Shown here: positions 11,197-21,157 of the stretch, piece by piece
Numbering within the stretch: position 1 is the first letter of the stretch
How the letters are laid out: each line of letters starts with the position of its first letter
Source: Alphaproteobacteria bacterium
Lineage (GTDB): Bacteria; Pseudomonadota; Alphaproteobacteria; JAAXGF01
Reading direction: 5' to 3'
DNA length: 64,000 bases
NCBI GenBank assembly: GCA_963555825.3
Contig: CAUVXB020000002.1
Coordinates: 2,048,001 to 2,112,000 of the forward strand
Translations under genes and position numbers: made by a program
Notes under the pieces: model-generated
The model's input: only the letters and a program-made list of their open reading frames with translations
What the model was told of the DNA's origin: nothing
Database searches by the model: none

Positions 11197-12516
11197 CTAC
11201 GCCTCGTGCCTTGCCCGCAGCAGTTCCCAGGCGAAGCGGGCGCGGACGCCGAGGTCGAGGAAGGGCCTGGGCGGCAGCTTGTCGGGCGTGCCCAGGCTCG
11301 CCATGTCGGCGATAAGATGGTTGTCCTCGCCGCACGCCATGTCGGCGGCGAGGACGCCGGCGATGGTGCCCTTGGTGACGCCGACCGCGTTCTGGCAGAC
11401 CGCCGCATAGACGTTGGGCGCGACCCGGCCGAAGCCCGGCGCGCCGTTGCGCGCGAGGCAGAGGTAGCCGGTCCAGGTGTGCTCCATCTCGACCGCCGAC
11501 AGCATCGGAAAGCGCTTGTCGAAATGCCGCTTGTGGTCGCGCTGGATCTGGCGGCGGCGCGCGTCGGACTGGCGCATGCCGGGGCAGAAGTGGATGTTCT
11601 GGCGGATCAGCAGGCGGTGGTCGCGGGTCAGGCGCATGGTGACGCCGGCGAAGGCGTTGGCCGGCGTCAGGCCCCAGTCGTCGGCGCCGCCGAGCGCCGC
11701 GCGCTCGACCGCGCTCAGCCGCCGGCTCAGGCTGGCATGCGCGGCGAAGGCCAGCAGGCGCCCCCGGTAGAAGCCGAAGCGCTCGGCGAAGCCGTTGACG
11801 GCGATGATCATCTTGGGCGCGAAGACCCGCCCCGCTGGCGTCGTCAGCGTCACGCCGTTGCGGTAGTCGACCTCGGTGACCGGTGAGTGCTCATAGAGCG
11901 TAACGGCGGCCGGCAGGCTGTCGCCGAGGCCGCGGGTCAGCGCCGCCGGGTTCATCAGCGCGCCGCCCGGCGTGTAGATCGCGCGCGTGAAAAAGGGCGT
12001 GCCGATTTCGCCAGCGAGATCGTCTTTCTCGACCCAGCGGTAGGGTTCGCCGAGCGCCTCGAGCTCCCGGGCGAAGGGCTCGAGCACTTGCGCGACACCC
12101 TTGTCCGAGACCGCCGCGTGGTACTTGCCGCGCCGGCTCCAGTCGCAGGCGATGGCGTGGTCGGCGATCTGTTTCTCGAGGTAGGCGATGGCGGCGCGCG
12201 CCAGCCCCATGAAACGCCGCGAGCCGTCGAGTTCCTCCATCGAGCCGCCGATGTTGTGCGGCAGGTCGATGGCGAAGCCCGAGTTGCGGCCCGACGCGCC
12301 CTCGCCGACCTCTTGTGCCTCGATCAGCGCAATCCTGTCGTTCGGCCGGTTTTCGGCCAGCCGCCGCGCCGCGGCGAGGCCCGCGAAACCGGCGCCGACG
12401 ACCACCCAATCGGCGCGCACCTCGCCGGCGAGGCTCGGCTTGGGCGTGCGTTGGGGCAGGATGCGGCTCCAGCCATTGGCGCTGTCGTCGCTGGGCAGCA
12501 GATCGATCTTCGGCAT
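11197..12516 (-). CDS. FAD-dependent oxidoreductase (DAO/PuuB-like)
   Basis: VVVGAGFAG Rossmann motif, GASGRNSGF, YEHSPV. Confidence 0.88.
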   Translation of the reverse strand: MPKIDLLPSDDSANGWSRILPQRTPKPSLAGEVRADWVVVGAGFAGLAAARRLAENRPNDRIALIEAQEVGEGASGRNSGFAIDLPHNIGGSMEELDGSRRFMGLARAAIAYLEKQIADHAIACDWSRRGKYHAAVSDKGVAQVLEPFARELEALGEPYRWVEKDDLAGEIGTPFFTRAIYTPGGALMNPAALTRGLGDSLPAAVTLYEHSPVTEVDYRNGVTLTTPAGRVFAPKMIIAVNGFAERFGFYRGRLLAFAAHASLSRRLSAVERAALGGADDWGLTPANAFAGVTMRLTRDHRLLIRQNIHFCPGMRQSDARRRQIQRDHKRHFDKRFPMLSAVEMEHTWTGYLCLARNGAPGFGRVAPNVYAAVCQNAVGVTKGTIAGVLAADMACGEDNHLIADMASLGTPDKLPPRPFLDLGVRARFAWELLRARHEA

Positions 12517-12767
12517 GTCCCGGCCCTTGCGCTTCCAAGCCGCGCATCATAGGGCAGCCGCGGGTTCAGCGTATAGCGCCGCCGCCTTGGAGCGCCGAAG
12601 GTCGGGGCCGTGTGCGCCTGACGTCGTGCCTTGACGCGCGCCGCAACCGTCCGCTTTCCGAGCAACAGCGGACGCCATCGCCTGTCATGTCGGAGGCCCG
12701 GAAAATGACCCGAACCCGCCATTCCGGCCCGCCCGCCTGGCGCAGGCCGTCTACGGCGAGGCAACGA

Positions 12768-14285
12768 TTAGTCCAGGATACTCACTCTACGCAGGGCGTC
12801 TTGCAGGATCGGTGACATCGATGTCCAAGCACCCCAATTGCGAGTCAGATCGCGCCACTTCGATATCCTGAATTCCGGATTCTGGGCCTGAAACTTGTCC
12901 GCCGTGGCATGAGCATCCGCCAGACGGCCCAGCCGGACCAAACACGTTATCCGGCACATTTGAAAGAACGCGCTGCTTGGACTCTTCCGTAGCCCCTGAT
13001 CCGCGTATTCCAAGCTTTCTTCAAAATGATTGAGTACGAGATGTGCCTTGGAGATTGCCATCTCACAGCGAAAACTTTGAGGGTCCCGAGGACTGAGACG
13101 CAGCGCCGTCTCGGCAAGCTTGATCGCCCTTCGCGCATCGCCATGGTAAGATTCGAGCAGCGCTAGACTGGCCCAGGCCCACGCGAAGCTCGGACATTGA
13201 CGGGTCACGTCTTCTACCAGCGACATCGCGCGGTGATTTTCATCGCTCATGAATCCAATCGCGTATCCGGCATAGGCTCGCGTCTCGGCATCGGCTTCGG
13301 GACTCATGAGCGCCTCCTCGGCCAGGCGAATCGAGGTCTCGCGTTGCGCTTCGGTCGGTGCGACGTAATGCCACCCGATTAGGGTCGTGCACCAGGCCCT
13401 AACGGCTTTCGCTTTCGCGTAATCGGGCGCGTGTGCGATCGCCTGGTCCAGCAAGCCGATGGCAGCGTCGATCTGAACGCTGTTCAAGGCCGCACGCGCT
13501 CTCAGATAAAGATCATATGCGGTCAGATTGTTCGGGCGCTTTCGTGTGGCACGCTCGATCTCAGCGAGCTGGATCTTCGGTCCAATTGCATTGACAACGG
13601 CTTCCGTGATCTCGTCCTGGAGGTCGAACACATCGTCCAGTTTCGATTCGTAACGGTCGGCCCAAATTTGGGTGGCAGTCTCCGTATCGACCAACTGTCC
13701 ATTCACACGCAGGCGGCCGCCAGCACGACGAACGCTGCCCTCGAGCACATAGCGAATGCCCAGTTCGTCGCCGACTTCGCGGACATCAATTGCCAAGCCC
13801 TTGTATATGAACGAGGAATTTCGAGCGATGACGAACAACCACGGGACGAAGGATAGGGCCGTTATGATTTCCTCACTGAGTCCGTCCGCAAAGTACTCCT
13901 CCTCGGGAACGCCCGAGATATTCGTGAAGGGCAGTACCGCGATCGAGGGCCTGTCGGGACGCGCGTGTCTATCGACATCCACTGGTCGGTCAACGGACTC
14001 GATACCGCCGAGAAAACGGTAGCCGCGACCGCGTACGGTTTCGATAAATATGGGATGCTTGGGGTCGTCGCCAAGGGCCAGGCGCAGATCGTGGACGTAC
14101 TCCTTGATCAGCCCCTCGGACACGAAAAGATCGCGCCAGACGCCCTCGAGGATGTCGTCCTTGGTAAGCAAGCGGTTCGGATTACTGACGAACAAACGCA
14201 GCAACTGAAAGGCTTTGTTGCTGATCTGCACGGGCTGATCGCCATGCCAAAGGCGCTCATCCCCGAGATCGAGCCTGTAGGTCAT
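12768..14285 (-). CDS. Winged-helix (OmpR/CadC-type) regulator with TolB-like and TPR domains
   Basis: N-terminal LRLALGDD..FIETVRGRGYRF, then PSIAVLPFTN..YFADGLSEEIITALS..VIARNSSF, then TPR-like helices. Confidence 0.85.
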   Translation of the reverse strand: MTYRLDLGDERLWHGDQPVQISNKAFQLLRLFVSNPNRLLTKDDILEGVWRDLFVSEGLIKEYVHDLRLALGDDPKHPIFIETVRGRGYRFLGGIESVDRPVDVDRHARPDRPSIAVLPFTNISGVPEEEYFADGLSEEIITALSFVPWLFVIARNSSFIYKGLAIDVREVGDELGIRYVLEGSVRRAGGRLRVNGQLVDTETATQIWADRYESKLDDVFDLQDEITEAVVNAIGPKIQLAEIERATRKRPNNLTAYDLYLRARAALNSVQIDAAIGLLDQAIAHAPDYAKAKAVRAWCTTLIGWHYVAPTEAQRETSIRLAEEALMSPEADAETRAYAGYAIGFMSDENHRAMSLVEDVTRQCPSFAWAWASLALLESYHGDARRAIKLAETALRLSPRDPQSFRCEMAISKAHLVLNHFEESLEYADQGLRKSPSSAFFQMCRITCLVRLGRLADAHATADKFQAQNPEFRISKWRDLTRNWGAWTSMSPILQDALRRVSILD

Positions 14286-14470
14286 TTCCTCCACCTTGGT
14301 CACCCGATAGCGATGGAATGCAATCGTCGTCACGGGCCGGCACGGCAACGCTAATCACCGGCGCCGGCCTCAGAATCCACCAAAATTCCACCCCGATTCC
14401 ACACGCCGCGCCTCAGGCAGGACGATGATAGACATTCGTACGACCTTACGCCAAGACAAGGAGGAAAACG

Positions 14471-15322
14471 ATGCGACTCGAAAGATTTCTTAGAGCGACA
14501 GCGCTGTTGGGTATGGTCGACCTTGCGCCAGGCATCGCTTGGGCGGCAACCACGACCGAGGTGCAAGAACGCCTCGCCGACGGCGCGGCGGACGTCACGT
14601 TCAGTGTGTTGGCGACGGTCTCGGTCGCCACCTCGGTGACCGGTGCCGAGGCGGTGACGGAGGTCGTGTTGCCGCCAGCCGCACAGATTCCTTTTCAGCA
14701 GTATCTGGACGCGCCGCGCACGCTTGGCTCCAAGGCATTTGCCATCGACCCCGAAAGCGGGCAATCGGGACAGAGCACACGGCTCAGCCGACCCGGAATT
14801 GCGGTCGACCAAGCGATCGAGGACTGTCGGCGGCGATCCGCGCGCGACTGTCGCCTCTATGCGGTCGGCGACATCGTCGTGCTCGGCCTGGCCGACTGGA
14901 AGACCGAGGTCGCGATTATGCTCGATCAGGTCATGCCCGGCGCGACCAACGGCGATCTAGAGGCGGTGACGTCGGGCGACGGCGGCAAGGTAGCCACGGC
15001 ACTCAGGCGCTCGGTGCTCCACGCCGCCGCCGAGATGGGCAGCACCGACGCGGTCGCCGCGATGCTCGATCGGGGCATCGACATCGATGCCGGTTCGGAC
15101 ATCGGCGCGACGGCGCTGTCCTACGCGGCGAGCCGCGGCCAACACGAGGCCGTCGCGCTGTTGCTCGAACACGGCGCCGACGTCAACGCTCGCAACCGCG
15201 TCGGCAAGACGGCGCTGGGCCTCGCCGTGCTGGCGAACAATTTCGCGCGGCACCGCGACTACCTCGCCGCCGGTCACGTCGCGGTCATCCGCCTGCTCGA
15301 GGACGCCGGCGGGACCGAGTGA
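14471..15322 (+). CDS. Secreted ankyrin-repeat protein
   Basis: GGAGG RBS, signal-peptide-like N-terminus, LHAAA / TALSYAA / GKTALGLA ankyrin repeats. Confidence 0.8.
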   Translation: MRLERFLRATALLGMVDLAPGIAWAATTTEVQERLADGAADVTFSVLATVSVATSVTGAEAVTEVVLPPAAQIPFQQYLDAPRTLGSKAFAIDPESGQSGQSTRLSRPGIAVDQAIEDCRRRSARDCRLYAVGDIVVLGLADWKTEVAIMLDQVMPGATNGDLEAVTSGDGGKVATALRRSVLHAAAEMGSTDAVAAMLDRGIDIDAGSDIGATALSYAASRGQHEAVALLLEHGADVNARNRVGKTALGLAVLANNFARHRDYLAAGHVAVIRLLEDAGGTE

Positions 15323-15404
15323 GCGTTGCAATTATGCGGCTGTGGGCGCCGACAACGTACAAGCCAAGACCGTCGAGGTTGCCTGAGTGGCAAATCGGTC
15401 GTCA

Positions 15405-15540
15405 TGTCCGGCTGTGGCGAACAGGAGACCTCCAGCAAACCAGGTTGTGAGGTCCGCTCTCTGATCGGAACCAGACCGGGCCGCCGTGTCATCGCGCCTC
15501 GGCCACTCTGGGTCCGCTTAACGCGCTTCAGCGGACGTTC
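15405..15540. repeat. Cluster of degenerate GTCCGC...GCGGAC REP-like hairpins
   Basis: GTCCGCTTAACGCGCTTCAGCGGAC and related units spaced ~40-60 bp; similar units at 38188-38358 and 51655-51725. Confidence 0.5.
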
Positions 15541-15907
15541 ATGGCACCGCGTGGCAAACGGTGAACTCTCGACAGAATTTAGCCCGCTTCACCGGCGCGA
15601 TATTCGACTCGGAGACCCTTCCCCCTTGCGCAAACTCGACCCCGCCGCCGCCCTCCGGTGAGGGCGACACGTGGCAGTGACATCGCGCTGATGTCATGTG
15701 GGGTTCTCGGAGCGGGTGAGGCGATCACCGGCTAATCGGTGGCAAGTCGGTGCGGGTCGAATGCGCGAGCGCTGCGAGGTTGCATCGTCGCGTTTTTGGC
15801 CAGCTGCGCAAGGGATGCCGTTTTCTCGCCGGTGGAACGGTGGTACGATTTCCCTGAATTTGGGGGTAATCTGGGAAATGCCCGCTTATGACATTCGTGG
15901 CCGCTCG

Positions 15908-16274
15908 GTGAAGTATCTGGTCGCGTTCCTTCTTGCGCTTGTGCCCGCCGGCCCAGCGGCCGCCGAAACGCACACGTCCGCAAGCGCGATGGCCACCTCG
16001 ATGGCGCAGCATTTCGTGCAGGAACAGTTCATGTTCGGAGCCATGGGCGATGTCCATTACCATATCGAGTTCGACATCTCCTACCTGGTGCCGCAGCCCG
16101 AACCGAATTACTGGGCCGTCGTCGGCGGCTTCGTATCCGACCAGAGTACCCCCCAACAGCTTCGTCGCCGCGGTCCGGCTCATTTGTCCGGACCAGGCCA
16201 GGGTAGCGTGTTGGCGGCTCGAGAAACTTGCCATAAACCGAAAGATCGTCGTCGATCTGGGACAGCCGCTTTGA
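15908..16274 (+). pseudogene. Small secreted hypothetical protein, frameshifted at a C6 run
   Basis: GTG 15908 gives signal peptide KYLVAFLLALVPAGPAAA; coding-like sequence moves to the 15933..16274 frame at the C-run 16149-16154 (SDQST|PNSFVAAVRLICP). Confidence 0.55.
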
Positions 16275-16413
16275 GTATGGCCGGGCTGCCCAATACCCTG
16301 CCTTTTCGGGCCGACCAATGGTCGGTGGATGTACGCGAAACCCGGCGTCGGCGCGTCGCACAATAGATGGTTTTCGCGACAATCGATGCTCAAACGACGA
16401 ATAGGATAATGAG

Positions 16414-16764
16414 ATGACTGCAATCAATCTTTCAAAAAAGTTGGAAACCTTCTCTGAGTATTGGTCACCAAAAATCGTATCCTCATTTAATGGGCATGAT
16501 GTGATGGTGGTTAAGGTGAAGGGTGAATTTGTTTGGCACTCTCACGACGATACAGACGACTTTTTCATGGTGTTGGATGGCAATCTAAAAATCGAGATGA
16601 AAGAAGGCGATGTCACTCTAGAAGCGGGTGATTTGTATGTTGTTCCAAAGGGCGTTGAGCATCGACCTGTTGCGGAGGAGGAAGCCCATTTGCTTTTGAT
16701 TGAACCGCACGGGACACCAAACACTGGTGATGAAGCAACAGCCGCGAAGAAAGTGGGAATCTAA
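16414..16764 (+). CDS. Cupin domain protein
   Basis: EFVWHSHDDTDDFF and VPKGVEHRP cupin motifs; markedly AT-rich relative to the flanks. Confidence 0.9.
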   Translation: MTAINLSKKLETFSEYWSPKIVSSFNGHDVMVVKVKGEFVWHSHDDTDDFFMVLDGNLKIEMKEGDVTLEAGDLYVVPKGVEHRPVAEEEAHLLLIEPHGTPNTGDEATAAKKVGI

Positions 16765-16940
16765 AATCCCTATCCGTTGCAAAAAGGATCCGATTCGAGC
16801 GGGCCTGCTTATGACGGCTCTTGGTTGGTTGCCGACCTCGTGGAGCCTCGACCGCACTGTCCGTTTGCCGATCGGAAGCCGACGGCGGCGCGCCGTGTTC
16901 CCGCCCTTGCGTCGATCTCTGTACCACGGCGCGGCGATGC

Positions 16941-17309
16941 CTAGTACCGCTCGGCCCACCGGCTGCGGTCGTAGGGTGGTTCGCCGGCGTCGCCGAAGTA
17001 TTCGCGGGCGTGGGCCAGGCGGCCTGCGCGCATGGTGAAAACCGAGACGGCGTGCACCGTCGCCCGGCCGTCGCCGATCTCGACCTCGCTGATGACCGTG
17101 TCGCCCAACCCGTGAAGGTGCCGCAGATGGCAGCGCCAGCGGCCCGGATAGGCGGCGTTGAGCGCGATGAAGTTGTCGGGCCCGGCGATGCGCTCGCGGG
17201 TCTGCGGCCAGTCGGCCGAGAAGTCGTCGGCCAGCAGCGGGCGCACCGCGTCGAAACGCCCTTCGTCGAACAGCCGCCACAACGCACGCACCGCGTCTTC
17301 GCCGCTCAT
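16941..17309 (-). CDS. SnoaL-like / NTF2 family protein
   Basis: 122 aa; WPQTRERIAG, AVSVFT, AREYF pattern. Confidence 0.8.
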   Translation of the reverse strand: MSGEDAVRALWRLFDEGRFDAVRPLLADDFSADWPQTRERIAGPDNFIALNAAYPGRWRCHLRHLHGLGDTVISEVEIGDGRATVHAVSVFTMRAGRLAHAREYFGDAGEPPYDRSRWAERY

Positions 17310-17412
17310 CGCCCTAGCCCCCGGAATTCCGATTTGGCGAGTCTAGCACGACCCTGGCCTGGCGGTGGTCCGCGGCCTAAACTCGCATCGACGGGCAATT
17401 CTGGAGGGCGTC

Positions 17413-17841
17413 ATGACCGGCTTCATCGAGAGCCACCGCGTGGTGGTCTATCCCTGGCATTGCGACCACCAGGGCCACATGACGACGATGCACTACGTCG
17501 GCATGTTCGACGCCGCGTTCTGGCACCATCTCTCGTCGATGGGCTTCACGCGGCCCTATCTGGAGGCCGCCAACCACGGCTTCGCCGACGTCAAGGACAC
17601 CATCGAGTACAAGGCCGAGGTGCCGGTCGGCGCGCGCATCGTCATCGAGAGCGGGCTCTTGAAGGTCGGCCGCTCGTCGATCACGGCGCTCCACGTGATG
17701 CGCGACGCGGACACCGGCGAGACCGCCGCGACGTCGGAGAAGATCACCGTCTACTTCGACTTCGCGACCCGCCAGAGCGCGCCCATCCCCGACGACATGC
17801 GCCCCGCGCTGGAGGCCTTCCTGGTCGAGCGGCCGGACTAG
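17413..17841 (+). CDS. Acyl-CoA thioesterase (4HBT hot-dog fold)
   Basis: GGAGG RBS; VYPWHCDHQGHM and VGRSS motifs. Confidence 0.85.
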   Translation: MTGFIESHRVVVYPWHCDHQGHMTTMHYVGMFDAAFWHHLSSMGFTRPYLEAANHGFADVKDTIEYKAEVPVGARIVIESGLLKVGRSSITALHVMRDADTGETAATSEKITVYFDFATRQSAPIPDDMRPALEAFLVERPD

Positions 17842-17857
17842 GGGACCCGCGAGCCCC

Positions 17858-19249
17858 TCACTCTGGCGGCTGGTAGAGCTCGCTCTCGACGCCCATGTAA
17901 CCGTCCCAGGCGAACCAGTAGGCGACGTGGCCGGGCAGCCGGTCGAGCTGCGTGCCGTCGGGGCCGACGAGCGCAGCTTCCTCGACGCGCCAGAGCTCGC
18001 CGCCGGGGCCGCGAAGGGCGGCGTCGCCGATGCCGGCCTCGAAGGCCCGGTCGCCCCGGTCGTAGGCGCGCACGCTGCGCGTCGCGGCATCGCCGACCAG
18101 CACGACGCGGCGCTGCCCGATGCGGTCGTTGATCACCCGGCCGCCCTGGAAGGCGGCGAGCGGCCACGCCTTGGCGGCGGCGACGTCGCGGATGCCGAAG
18201 ACGTAGTCCTTGCCCTTGAGCCGCGCCTCGTCGACCCGGGTCGGGAACATCAGCTCGTCGCTCGCGAAATACTCGGCGTAGACGGCGCCCGAGCCGTAGT
18301 CGCGCGAATGACCGGTGTCGAGCGACAGCACGCGGCTGTCCGGGTGCGCGGCGCGCCACGCGGCCCAGCTGGTGATCAACACCGGGCGGATCGCGAGCAC
18401 GATGCCGCTATCGACCAGCGGGCCGACGACCGGCTCGCCGGTGAACTGGTTCCACAGGCTGTCGGTCTGGCGGTCGAACATCAGCTTGTTCGAGCGGTAC
18501 AACAGCCCCGACGAGCCGAACACGAAGGGCGTCTCACGGCCCTGAACCTGGCTCTCGAACAGGATACCCGAGCCGCACAGCGTGCAGTAGGCGAGCGCCA
18601 CCGGCACGCCGCCGATGACCTCGTTGAACATCTCGTGCCAGCCCATGATGCGCAGCGGATAGGCGCGCGCGTCGCCGTTGATCTCGACGCCGAACACCAG
18701 GTCGTCGCCGCGCAGGTAGCCGGCTTGCCTCCCGGCGATCAGCGTCGGGTTGTCGAGCGAGGGGATGCCGTCGACCGGGACGCCGCCCCAGGTGATCTCC
18801 TCGAGGCGGATGCGCATCGCCTCGGGGCGGACCCATTCGGGTCTGAAGAAACGCAGGAACTCGGGGTCGATGCGCTGGAGGACATCGAGCTTGAGCGCGG
18901 CGTAGCTCGGATGCGGCGCGATCTCGGGGTGCGCCTCCTGCCAGACCATCCAGTCGAACCAGCCGCGCGCCTGGTGGCCGGTCAGATCGCTCAGCACGCG
19001 CGACAGGTCGCCGCCGGCATAGCGCCGGTAGCGCAGCGCCAGGACCAGCGCGGCGGCGACGTCCGTGTTGCCGCGCCCGCGCAGCGCCGCGAGCGCGCCC
19101 TGCAGCTCGTCGCCGGCGCCGAACAACAGCGTCCGCGAATGCCGCGCGACCGCGTCGTCGTCGGCAGCGGCGAACGCCGCGCCTCCTACGAGCGATAGAG
19201 CGAGCACAATCGGCGCCAGGCGTCCGAGCCTCGATATCCGGGCGATCAT
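17858..19249 (-). CDS. DUF3179 domain secreted protein
   Basis: Signal peptide; DGIPSLDNP, ARAYP..HEMFN, YCTLCGSG, SGLLYRSNKLMFDRQTDSLW, YWFAW. Confidence 0.85.
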   Translation of the reverse strand: MIARISRLGRLAPIVLALSLVGGAAFAAADDDAVARHSRTLLFGAGDELQGALAALRGRGNTDVAAALVLALRYRRYAGGDLSRVLSDLTGHQARGWFDWMVWQEAHPEIAPHPSYAALKLDVLQRIDPEFLRFFRPEWVRPEAMRIRLEEITWGGVPVDGIPSLDNPTLIAGRQAGYLRGDDLVFGVEINGDARAYPLRIMGWHEMFNEVIGGVPVALAYCTLCGSGILFESQVQGRETPFVFGSSGLLYRSNKLMFDRQTDSLWNQFTGEPVVGPLVDSGIVLAIRPVLITSWAAWRAAHPDSRVLSLDTGHSRDYGSGAVYAEYFASDELMFPTRVDEARLKGKDYVFGIRDVAAAKAWPLAAFQGGRVINDRIGQRRVVLVGDAATRSVRAYDRGDRAFEAGIGDAALRGPGGELWRVEEAALVGPDGTQLDRLPGHVAYWFAWDGYMGVESELYQPPE

Positions 19250-19424
19250 GTCGACGGTCCTCCGAAACGGCCTCTCGCCAGAATATAGCGCCGCCACCGG
19301 CCGTCGGGGACCCCGCTCACCGCAACGTGTCCGGCCGTGACCGCGCCGATCGTCGGCGCTGGCAATTGTATGTCCCGGCGGCCTACACTCAGGCCGTCGC
19401 TTATTGCGGGAGGAACGGGCAAGA

Positions 19425-20951
19425 ATGGTCGCCCATGTGTCGACGGTCGCCTTCCACGGCATCGAGGCGCGCGCCGTCGACGTCCAGGTCCACATGGCCT
19501 CGGGCCTACCGAGCTTCACCATCGTCGGCCTGCCCGACAAGGCGGTCGCCGAATCGCGCGAGCGCGTGCGCGCGGCCTTGGGCGCGTTGGGCCTGGCGCT
19601 GCCGCCCAAGCGCATCACCGTCAACCTGGCGCCGGCGGACGTCTTGAAGGAGGGCAGCCACTTCGACCTGCCGATCGCGCTCGGCCTGTTGATCGCCATG
19701 GGCGCGCTGCCGGCCGACGGCGTCGCCGGCTTCGTCGCGCTCGGCGAGTTGGGCCTCGACGGCGCGATCCTGCCGGTCGCCGGCGTGCTGCCGGCGACGA
19801 TCGGCGGCGCGGCCACCGGGCGCGGCGTCATCTGCCCGGCGGCCAACGGCGGCGAGGCGGCCTGGGCCGACGGCCCCGGCGTGCTGGCGGCGCCCTCGCT
19901 CTTGGCGCTGATCAACCATTTCAAGGGCACGCAGGTGCTGAACCCGCCCGAGCCGCGCCTCGCCGAGCCGCCCGCCGCCTACCCCGATCTGCGCGACATC
20001 AAGGGCCAGGAGACCGCCAAGCGGGCGCGGGAGGTCGCCGCGGCGGGTGCGCACAACTTGCTGATGATCGGCCCGCCGGGCGCCGGCAAGTCGATGCTCG
20101 CGCTGCGCCTGCCCGGCCTTTTGCCGCCGCTGACGCCGTCCGAGGTGCTCGAGGTCAGCATGATCCAGTCGGTCGCCGGCCAGCTCGTCGACGGCGGCCT
20201 GACCCGGCGCCGGCCGTTCCGCGACCCGCATCATTCGTCGTCGTTGCCCGCCATGGTCGGCGGCGGCCAGCGCGCCCGGCCCGGCGAGGTCTCGCTCGCA
20301 CACCTAGGTGTGCTGTTTCTGGATGAACTCCCCGAGTTTGCCCGCCAGACGCTCGAATCGCTGCGCCAGCCGATCGAGAACGGGCGCGCCGTGGTGGCGC
20401 GCGCCAATGCGCATGTCGCCTATCCGGCGCGCGTCCAGATGATCGCCGCGATGAACCCGTGCCGCTGCGGCTATCTGGCCGATCCCGCGCGCGCCTGCAC
20501 GCGCGCGCGGCGCTGCGCCTTCGACTACCAGGCCAAGATCTCGGGCCCGATGTTCGACCGCATCGACCTCCACGTCGAGGTGCCCGACGTCAGCGCCGCC
20601 GATCTGACCCTGCCGCCGCCCGCCGAGGGCTCGGCTGAGGTCGCCGAACGCATCGCCAAGGCGCGGGCGATCCAGCGCGCCCGCTACGCCGGCGAGACCG
20701 ACGCGCAAGGCCGCCCGGTCCGCACCAACGCCGAGGCCGACGGTGAGCTCCTGGGCGCCGTCGCGACCCCGGACGACGCCGGCGCCGCGCTGCTGACGCA
20801 GGCGACCGAGCAACTAAAGCTCTCCGCCCGAGGCTATCACCGCGTGCTGAAGGTGGCGCGCACACTGGCCGACCTCGACGGCGCCGACGGCGTGGCGCGC
20901 CTGCACGTTGCGGAGGCGCTGAGTTATCGGCGGATTTTGTTGGGCCGCTAG
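19425..20951 (+). CDS. comM: ComM/YifB Mg-chelatase-like AAA+ ATPase
   Basis: ESRERVRAA, ITVNLAPAD, GPPGAGKS, PGEVSLAH.GVLFLDE, AAMNPCRCG, LSARGYHR..ARTLADL. Confidence 0.95.
   Translation: MVAHVSTVAFHGIEARAVDVQVHMASGLPSFTIVGLPDKAVAESRERVRAALGALGLALPPKRITVNLAPADVLKEGSHFDLPIALGLLIAMGALPADGVAGFVALGELGLDGAILPVAGVLPATIGGAATGRGVICPAANGGEAAWADGPGVLAAPSLLALINHFKGTQVLNPPEPRLAEPPAAYPDLRDIKGQETAKRAREVAAAGAHNLLMIGPPGAGKSMLALRLPGLLPPLTPSEVLEVSMIQSVAGQLVDGGLTRRRPFRDPHHSSSLPAMVGGGQRARPGEVSLAHLGVLFLDELPEFARQTLESLRQPIENGRAVVARANAHVAYPARVQMIAAMNPCRCGYLADPARACTRARRCAFDYQAKISGPMFDRIDLHVEVPDVSAADLTLPPPAEGSAEVAERIAKARAIQRARYAGETDAQGRPVRTNAEADGELLGAVATPDDAGAALLTQATEQLKLSARGYHRVLKVARTLADLDGADGVARLHVAEALSYRRILLGR
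20904..20932 (+). repeat. Direct repeat copy 1 (comM 3' end; att-like)
   Basis: CACGTTGCGGAGGCGCTGAGTTATCGGCG matches 22875-22903 at 27/29. Confidence 0.8.
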
Positions 20952-21142
20952 GCTCTTCGCTTTTTCCCACTGCCCCTATTAGCGGATGAACCTTCACTTA
21001 CTTGGGAAGAGGATGAACGCATGCTTGCTCCCGAAGCTTGCACATATTGACGCATTGCCTCGCGTTTCCAATCGTCCCATCCTTCAACTTCCCTTTTTGC
21101 CTCTCGTAGCTGGTGCCCTAGCCACCCCTGCTTTCGCGCCAC
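20948..21142 (-). CDS. Small hypothetical protein (64 aa) downstream of the deaminase
   Basis: GGAGG RBS then GTG, 15 nt after the deaminase final stop; MARKQGWLGHQLREAKREVEGWDDWKREAM. Confidence 0.6.
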   Translation of the reverse strand: MARKQGWLGHQLREAKREVEGWDDWKREAMRQYVQASGASMRSSSSQVSEGSSANRGSGKKRRA

Positions 21143-21157
21143 AATACACCTCCCAGT

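Noticed and set aside
19414-19427. GAAC-N6-GAAT before comM as a LexA box
   Set aside because: Spacing and second half-site do not fit the alphaproteobacterial GAAC-N7-GAAC consensus
17858-19930. 690-aa ORF as a single protein
   Set aside because: The upstream part overlaps comM antisense; the real gene starts near ATG 19249 with a signal peptide
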